Assembly (NCBI GenBank): GCA_905204415.1
Contig: CAJKZP010000001.1
Span: 3-64,002, forward strand
DNA from: an uncultured Collinsella sp.
GTDB lineage: Bacteria; Actinomycetota; Coriobacteriia; Coriobacteriales; Coriobacteriaceae
Direction: 5' to 3'
Length of the DNA stretch: 64,000 nt
The position numbers were made by a program, and so were the translations under genes. Positions 57,840-64,000 of this stretch are shown here, piece after piece; position 1 is the stretch's first letter; each line of letters opens with the position of its first letter. Under the pieces are notes generated by a model, which had not been told where the DNA came from, did no database searches, and saw nothing but the letters and a program-made list of their open reading frames with translations.

Positions 57840-60419
57840 CTATTTCGTCTTGCCGGTAATGAGCGTCTTAAGACCCAGACCGATCAGGCCCAGACCCATG
57901 CGCACGCGACCGGGGCGATGGCGCTCGATGGCCTTGGCTTTGCCAGCGGGCTTATCGTGACGGGCACTCGTCTCGGGTACGGGCTTGGTGACCTGCGGCT
58001 CGGGCCGAGGTGCAGGTGCGGGCTCGGGCTCAATGACGGTCGCCTGGACCTTCTGAACCTCGGGTGTGGTCGGCTGCGGCTTAGGATCAGGGGTGGGCTT
58101 TGCCTCGGCGGCGGGCTCCGGAGTCGCGGTAGCGGGCTCGGGCGCTTTCTCCACGGCGGGCTCTGCGGCAGCCTCGGGCTCATTCACCGGGAGAGCGGCA
58201 ACCGCTTCCGGTTTGGCAGCCGCCCCATGTTCAATCTCGTCCTGGATAACTTTTTCGGCCACACGTTCCTTCTCCTGTGCGCGCTGCTGCGCGGCGGCCT
58301 CGGCGTTGCGATATGCACGCTCCAGCAGGGCTTCCTGCGAGTTGAAGGGCTTCTCGTCCTCTTTGCGCTCCACGGGAACCCAGGTGCCGTCACTCGTCAG
58401 GCTGCGTGCCTTCACGTTGTCGCGCAGCTGCATGCCCATGTACTCGTGCACCAGGGCGCGGCAGGTGGGGTCGAGCACGGGGAAGGCGATCTCCACGCGG
58501 TGCTCGGTGTTGCGCGTCATCATGTCTGCCGAGCTCAGATAGATCATGTCCGAGTCCACGCCAAAGGCATAGACGCGCGCATGCTCCAAAAAGCGTCCGA
58601 CGATGGAGCGCACGTGCACGTTCTCGGTCTTGCCCGGAACACCGGGCTTGAGGCACGAGATGCCGCGAATGATCATGTCCACGCGCACGCCGGCACACGA
58701 TGCCTCGGCAATCTTGTCGATGACCTCGCGGTCGGTAAGCGAGTTGAGCTTAAAGAACACGCGGGCGGGCTCGCCGACAAGGGCGCGCTGAATCTCGCGG
58801 TCCAGGCCGCGCATGATGAGCGGCTTGAGGCCCACGGGCGCCACGCCCAGGAAGCGGTAGTCGCCGCGCAGGTTGCCCAGCGACAGGTTGCGGAAGAACA
58901 GGTTGGCGTCCTCGCCGATGCCGGGATGCGCGGTCATGAGCATAAAGTCGCTGTAGAGCTTGGCCGTCTTCTCGTTAAAGTTGCCGGTACCCAAAAGCGT
59001 CAGGCGGGTAAGCGCCATGCCCTCGCGATAGGTGAGCTGGCAGATCTTTGAGTGACACTTAAAGCCCTCGGAGCCGTAGATAACGGTGCAGCCGGCCTCT
59101 TCCAGGCGCTCGGCCCATTCGATGTTGTTTTGCTCGTCAAAGCGGGCACGAAGCTCCATGAGCACCGTGACCTCTTTGCCGTTTTCGGCAGCATCGATGA
59201 GCGACTCGCACAGACGGCTCTGCTTTGCCACGCGGTAGAGCGTGATGCGCAGCGAGATACACTCGGGGTCATAGGCTGCTTCGTGCACCAGGTCCAAGAA
59301 CGGGTTCATTGCCTCGTAAGGGTAAAAGAGCAGCTTGTCGTGCTGCAGCACCTGCTCGCGGATGGAGCGGGCCATATCGATGGTGGGATTGGGCTGCGGC
59401 TTAAACGGCGTAAAGAGGAGCTCATTGCGCAGGTGCTCGGGAATCTTACCCTCAATGCCAAAGACGTAGCCAAGGTCAAGGGGGATATCGCAGGTAAAGA
59501 CCGAGCGGCGAGAAAGCTCGAGCGCCTTGCGGATGGTCTTGAGCGTTGGCTTTTCGAGTGAGCCCGATACGGCGAGCACCACCGGCTGCAGGCGCAGGCG
59601 CTTCTTGAGGATGCGCTTCATGTGCTGGCGGTAATCTTCCTCCTCCTCGACGCCCTCGCCGTCCGGGTCGATATCGGCATTGCGGGTGACGCGGATCAGC
59701 GCGCGATCCAGCGGCTTGTAGGAGCCAAAGCAACTGTCGAGGCAGGCGAGGATAACGTCTTCGAGCAAGATATAGGAGTAGGTGCCGGCGGGCGAGGGAA
59801 TCTCGACCACGCGGTTCATCGAGGCGGGAATCTCGATCAGGCCGAGCAGGCTTTCCTCGTCGGTGACGCCGTCCAGGCCACAAGCCAGATAGAGCGCGCC
59901 GTTGCGCAGGTTGGGGAAGGGATGGCGCGGGTCAATGACCAGCGGTGAGATAACCGGCGACACGTAGGCCTGGAAGTAGCGGGTTACAAAGGTGCGCTCC
60001 TCGGGCGTAAGTGAATCGATGCGGGCGCGGTGAACGCCCAGGGTGTCGAGCTTGCCCTCGATGCTCTTAAAGATGGACTCCCAACGGGTAAGGAGCCCGG
60101 GCAGCTCTGCCATGACAGCATCGACCTGTTCGGAGGCGGTCATATTGCTCTTGTTGTCGACAGGCTGCTTTTTGAGCTCTGCCAGATCGGACAGGCCGCC
60201 CACGCGCACCATAAGGAATTCGTCGAGGTTGGACTCGAAAATCGACACGAACTTTAGACGCTCGAACAGCGGAACGGTTTCGTCGAAGGCTTCGTCAAGC
60301 ACGCGGTTGTTAAAGCGCAGCCAGCTAAGCTCTCGGTTTTGCGTGTACGAGAAGTCGCGCGGCGGCTTGCGCAGCTTAGCGGCCTTTTGCTTCTTTTCGA
60401 TTTTGCTCGGCATATGCAT
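57840..60419 (-). CDS. ppk1: Polyphosphate kinase 1 with a long C-terminal low-complexity extension
   Basis: NRELSWLRFN, SNLDEFLMVRV, HPFP, TLYR, ELRARFDE, HSK, GTGNFN and SIVGRFLEHAR. Confidence 0.95.
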   Translation of the reverse strand: MHMPSKIEKKQKAAKLRKPPRDFSYTQNRELSWLRFNNRVLDEAFDETVPLFERLKFVSIFESNLDEFLMVRVGGLSDLAELKKQPVDNKSNMTASEQVDAVMAELPGLLTRWESIFKSIEGKLDTLGVHRARIDSLTPEERTFVTRYFQAYVSPVISPLVIDPRHPFPNLRNGALYLACGLDGVTDEESLLGLIEIPASMNRVVEIPSPAGTYSYILLEDVILACLDSCFGSYKPLDRALIRVTRNADIDPDGEGVEEEEDYRQHMKRILKKRLRLQPVVLAVSGSLEKPTLKTIRKALELSRRSVFTCDIPLDLGYVFGIEGKIPEHLRNELLFTPFKPQPNPTIDMARSIREQVLQHDKLLFYPYEAMNPFLDLVHEAAYDPECISLRITLYRVAKQSRLCESLIDAAENGKEVTVLMELRARFDEQNNIEWAERLEEAGCTVIYGSEGFKCHSKICQLTYREGMALTRLTLLGTGNFNEKTAKLYSDFMLMTAHPGIGEDANLFFRNLSLGNLRGDYRFLGVAPVGLKPLIMRGLDREIQRALVGEPARVFFKLNSLTDREVIDKIAEASCAGVRVDMIIRGISCLKPGVPGKTENVHVRSIVGRFLEHARVYAFGVDSDMIYLSSADMMTRNTEHRVEIAFPVLDPTCRALVHEYMGMQLRDNVKARSLTSDGTWVPVERKEDEKPFNSQEALLERAYRNAEAAAQQRAQEKERVAEKVIQDEIEHGAAAKPEAVAALPVNEPEAAAEPAVEKAPEPATATPEPAAEAKPTPDPKPQPTTPEVQKVQATVIEPEPAPAPRPEPQVTKPVPETSARHDKPAGKAKAIERHRPGRVRMGLGLIGLGLKTLITGKTK

Positions 60420-60599
60420 CTGTCCGTTCAGTCCCCGCAGGGGACGGTAGCCTAACTCTAATTCACTATTGTCTCAATTTAGTCGACCGCCGGCACGGAC
60501 GTATCTCGTGAACGGTATCTTTACCTACTTCTTACGCTGACAAGCCGAAGCACTAACGTCCGGCGATTTGAGCAAGCGATCTATATCCTCACTCAACTG

Positions 60600-60830
60600 G
60601 TGAGAATGTATGAATAAGAATGATAGCAAGCTGAATATAATCGAATGTAGGTCGAATCGAGGGCAAGCGTCATTTATATGCAGAAAACCGTTTTCACTAT
60701 GCAATTTTGAATCATGGATAACTTTGAGTGTTCAAGCTTGATTTCCTAGAAAAATAACGTTTACCTAGGAAAATCTGCTTTACGAAACTGAAGTGTATCA
60801 TGGGAAATCATATGCGATATACCGTTCATC
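60600..60830 (+). promoter_or_regulatory. AT-rich arcA promoter region with ARG-box-like sites
   Basis: TGAATAAGAATGAT, TCATTTATATGCA and TTCACTATGCAA resemble the ArgR TGMATAWWWATKCA box. Confidence 0.5.
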
Positions 60831-60969
60831 GTACTTTGCTGACCGTTCGGGGGCGAGGTAGCATTACGGATGGAATTTGGATATAACTAGAGCTGTCAGC
60901 AAGCAGCGTCCCATATGGAGGGGCGCTGATACATTCGGCCAGTAAGGCCCGAAAGAAAGGTAGGAGGCC

Positions 60970-62211
60970 ATGACGAAAGGTCTGCACGTGCCTTCCGAGA
61001 TCGGCAAGCTCAGGAAGGTCTGCCTGCACCGTCCCGGCGACGAGCTCCTCAACCTGCCGCCCGACGAGCTCGAGCGACTCCTGTTCGACGACGTCCCGTT
61101 CCTGGAGGTCGCGCAGCAGGAGCACGACACCTTCGCCCAGATCCTGAGGGACCAGGGCGTGGAGGTCCTCTACCTCGAGAACCTCGTCGCCGAGGTGTTC
61201 GACCAGGTCCCCGGCGCCCGCGCCGAGTTCACCGACCAGTACATCGCCGAGGCCGGCATCCGCGGCCAGCACATGCCGCAGATCGTCCGCGAGAAGCTGG
61301 ACTCCATCGAGGACAACCTCGAGTTCGTCAAGAAGACCATGGCCGGCATGACCAAGGCCGAGATCGACATGCCCCTCACGGCGTCCACGACCCTCGACTC
61401 CCTGGTCAACTCCGAGTCCGAGTCCGACCTGATCATCGACCCGATGCCCAACCTCTACTTCACCCGCGACCCGTTCGCGGTCGTCGGCGAGGGCGTCAAC
61501 CTCAACCGCATGTACTCGGTCACCCGCAACCGCGAGACCCTGTACGGCAAGTACATCTTCAAGTACCACCCCGACTACAAGGACGTCTCCCTGTACTTCC
61601 GCCGCGACTGCCAGTTCCACACCGAGGGCGGCGACGTGCTGAACATCAACGAGAAGACCCTCGCCGTCGGCATCTCCCAGCGCACCCAGGCCGCCGCTAT
61701 CGACATCATGGCCCAGAACATCTTCTGGAACTCCGACTCCAAGGTCGAGCGCATCCTTGCCTTCGACATCCCGGTCTCGCGCGCCTTCATGCACCTCGAC
61801 ACGGTCTTCACCCAGATCGACGTCGATAAGTTCACGATCCACCCCGCCATCATGGGCACCCTGCGCGTCTACGAGCTGACCGCCGGCAAGAACCCGGGCG
61901 ACGTGAACATCCGCCTGATCGAGGACACCCTCGAGCACGTCCTGGAGGACGCCACCGGCGTCGACCAGGTCAAGCTGATCCCCTGCGGCGGCGGCGACCC
62001 GATCGCGGCCTCCCGCGAGCAGTGGAACGACGGCTCCAACACCCTGTGCGTCGAGCCCGGCAAGATCTGCGTCTACGCCCGCAACACCGTCACCAACGAC
62101 GTGCTGTACAAGGAGGGCCTGGACCTTCTCGTCGTGCCCTCCGCCGAGCTCTCCCGCGGCCGCGGCGGCCCGCGCTGCATGAGCATGCCCTTCTGGCGCG
62201 AGGACCTCTAA
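60970..62211 (+). CDS. arcA: Arginine deiminase
   Basis: SEIGKL, LLFDD, PNLYFTRD, EGGD, MHLDTVFT, EQWNDG and ELSRGRGGPRCMSMP. Confidence 0.96.
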   Translation: MTKGLHVPSEIGKLRKVCLHRPGDELLNLPPDELERLLFDDVPFLEVAQQEHDTFAQILRDQGVEVLYLENLVAEVFDQVPGARAEFTDQYIAEAGIRGQHMPQIVREKLDSIEDNLEFVKKTMAGMTKAEIDMPLTASTTLDSLVNSESESDLIIDPMPNLYFTRDPFAVVGEGVNLNRMYSVTRNRETLYGKYIFKYHPDYKDVSLYFRRDCQFHTEGGDVLNINEKTLAVGISQRTQAAAIDIMAQNIFWNSDSKVERILAFDIPVSRAFMHLDTVFTQIDVDKFTIHPAIMGTLRVYELTAGKNPGDVNIRLIEDTLEHVLEDATGVDQVKLIPCGGGDPIAASREQWNDGSNTLCVEPGKICVYARNTVTNDVLYKEGLDLLVVPSAELSRGRGGPRCMSMPFWREDL

Positions 62212-62470
62212 GGTTTTCAAAGATCCGTATGGGTCTAAATACAAACATCTAGCTGCCATTAGATGTCTCCCAATGGGGTGGTGCAGGTTTTCGCACCACC
62301 CCATTCTTGTTTGATAAGCTAAATTTGCATCAGATAAGGTGTCCATTATGTCTAGAGGCAGTCACGTTGATACCCCCGACGCTGTCGGCTTCCTTGCCTT
62401 TTGGACATCATCTCGATTCCCATGACCTTTGCCGGCATCATCCCCGTGTTCTAGCGATTGGAGCCTAGCC

Positions 62471-63595
62471 ATGGATATCAAGACAATTGGCGTTGAGGAG
62501 TGGCTTAACGTTTGGGAGAAGAGCGCTACGTGGGACATTGCCCAGTCGACGATCTCGTCGCTGACCATGGGCGAGCTTCGCGCGCTCGACGAGCAGGACG
62601 GCGCCACGTTCTACGAGCGCCTGGATCGCGAAAAGATGAACTACGGCTGGATCGAGGGGTCCCCGGAGTTTAAAGTCGAGGTCGCCAAGCTGTATCGACG
62701 CGAGGTCAATCCCGATCACATTCTGCAGACTAATGGCTGCACGGGTGCCAACCTCAATGCCATCATGGCCGTTGTCGAGCCCGGCGATCACGTGATTGCC
62801 GAGTGGCCTACCTATGCGCCGCTCTATGAGATTCCGCGTACGCTCGGTGCCGAGGTCGAGTATTGGGAGCTTCGCGAGGAGCTCGGATGGAAACCCGATA
62901 TCGAACAGCTCAAGCGCCTCGTTCGCCCCAACACCAAGCTTATCTGCATCAACAACGCATCGAACCCCATCGGTACGGTGCTCGATGCAGACATGCTCGG
63001 GCAGATTGCCGAGATTGCCCGCTCGGTGGGCGCCTACGTGCTGTGCGACGAGGTGTATCTGCCGCTCGAGAACACCGAGTCCTTTATGTCGATGGCAGAC
63101 GTGTACGAGAGGGCCATTGTCACCAACTCGGTGTCCAAGACCTATTCGACGCCTGCAGCCCGCGTGGGCTGGGTCGTTGCGGATGAAGAGGTGTCCAACC
63201 GCATCCGCGCCTACCGCGACTACACCATGATCTGCGGTGGCGTGTTTAACGATGCTTTGGCGACCTACGTGCTCGAGCACAAGGACAAGATTCTCGAGCG
63301 CAACCGCAAGATCGTGTTTGGTAACCGCGATATCGCACAGGCTTGGATCGATACGCAGCAGCGTGTCTCCTGGACGGCCCCGCAGGGCGTGTCAACCTCG
63401 TTTATCCAGCTGGATATTCCCGAGGATGACGAGGAGTTCTGCAAGCGCCTGCTGTCAGAGAGGGGAGTGCTGTTGGTCCCCGGTAGCCGTTTTGAGCTTC
63501 CCTGCGGAGCGCGCCTGGGCTACTGCGCGAGCGAAGATGTTCTTCGCGAGGGCCTGAGGCTCCTGGGCGAGGCACTGGCCGAGTTCGATCGCTAG
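62471..63595 (+). CDS. Class I/II PLP aminotransferase
   Basis: NASNPIG, CDEVY, SVSKTYS..AARVGW and LVPGSRF. Confidence 0.88.
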   Translation: MDIKTIGVEEWLNVWEKSATWDIAQSTISSLTMGELRALDEQDGATFYERLDREKMNYGWIEGSPEFKVEVAKLYRREVNPDHILQTNGCTGANLNAIMAVVEPGDHVIAEWPTYAPLYEIPRTLGAEVEYWELREELGWKPDIEQLKRLVRPNTKLICINNASNPIGTVLDADMLGQIAEIARSVGAYVLCDEVYLPLENTESFMSMADVYERAIVTNSVSKTYSTPAARVGWVVADEEVSNRIRAYRDYTMICGGVFNDALATYVLEHKDKILERNRKIVFGNRDIAQAWIDTQQRVSWTAPQGVSTSFIQLDIPEDDEEFCKRLLSERGVLLVPGSRFELPCGARLGYCASEDVLREGLRLLGEALAEFDR

Positions 63596-63644
63596 GATCG
63601 CGACTCCTTTTGAAGGCAGTATTCAAATTGGCCGACGATAATCG

Positions 63645-63683
63645 AAAACGGACCTGTTCCCCTAGGGGATCGGGTCCGTTTTT
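63645..63683 (+). terminator. Terminator-like hairpin
   Basis: AAAACGGACCTGTTCCCC-ta-GGGGATCGGGTCCGTTTTT. Confidence 0.65.
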
Positions 63684-64000
63684 CTATATCGAGAAGTCAG
63701 GTTGTTACAAATGAGGCAGTGCGGCGAGCCGATCTCCGCTGGGTCTTATACTGAGCTTCCGGTGAACGGTATCCAACGTCTGGTAAACGGTAATCTGTTT
63801 GCTAAAAATGAATAGGACGAACTTTATTCTGAATAAAAATCAAAATGGTTGAGACACAGCGAGAATTGCGAATTCTATTCATATCGTTGCGCGAAATATG
63901 CAATTTGAGGGTGGTTTAACAAAGATTAGTTCCAACTAATCTATCGTTTAAAAAAGCGTTTGAGCACGTAAATACACTTTATTAAATCAAAGTGTGCCAT

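Overview
High-GC chromosomal window that looks like a gut Coriobacteriia (Collinsella-like) genome. This is inferred from gene content, codon usage and GAAAGGA/AAGGAG ribosome-binding sites, not from a database search. Most of it is housekeeping: tcdA, ettA, nadE, ldh, a lysine-riboswitch operon with an in-frame lysA-dapA fusion plus dapB and dapH, rnd, xseAB, two tandem acetate kinases with pta, glf plus a GT2, maf, an RlmD-like methyltransferase, ppk1 and arcA. The best candidate for an undescribed system is a co-oriented five-gene cluster at 19.7-26.7 kb: an Fe-S/flavin 2-enoate-reductase-type enzyme, a two-subunit aconitase X, a PM20D1-like M20 amidohydrolase and an MFS importer. It suggests a CoA-independent import, hydrolyse, dehydrate and reduce pathway for a 3-hydroxy-acid conjugate. 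The second candidate is a set of long intergenic hairpin families just downstream of stop codons, whose copies keep identical loop/core sequences while their stems are fully replaced by compensatory sequence. Other accessory features are a Trp leader-peptide attenuator on a TrpP-like ECF transporter, a frameshifted Ser/Thr kinase, a beta-glucoside PTS/GH1/EamA block beside an internally deleted IS3 element, an alternating 81-bp-period repeat array and an unannotated 30-aa membrane protein. No rRNA, tRNA, cas gene or canonical CRISPR array was seen.
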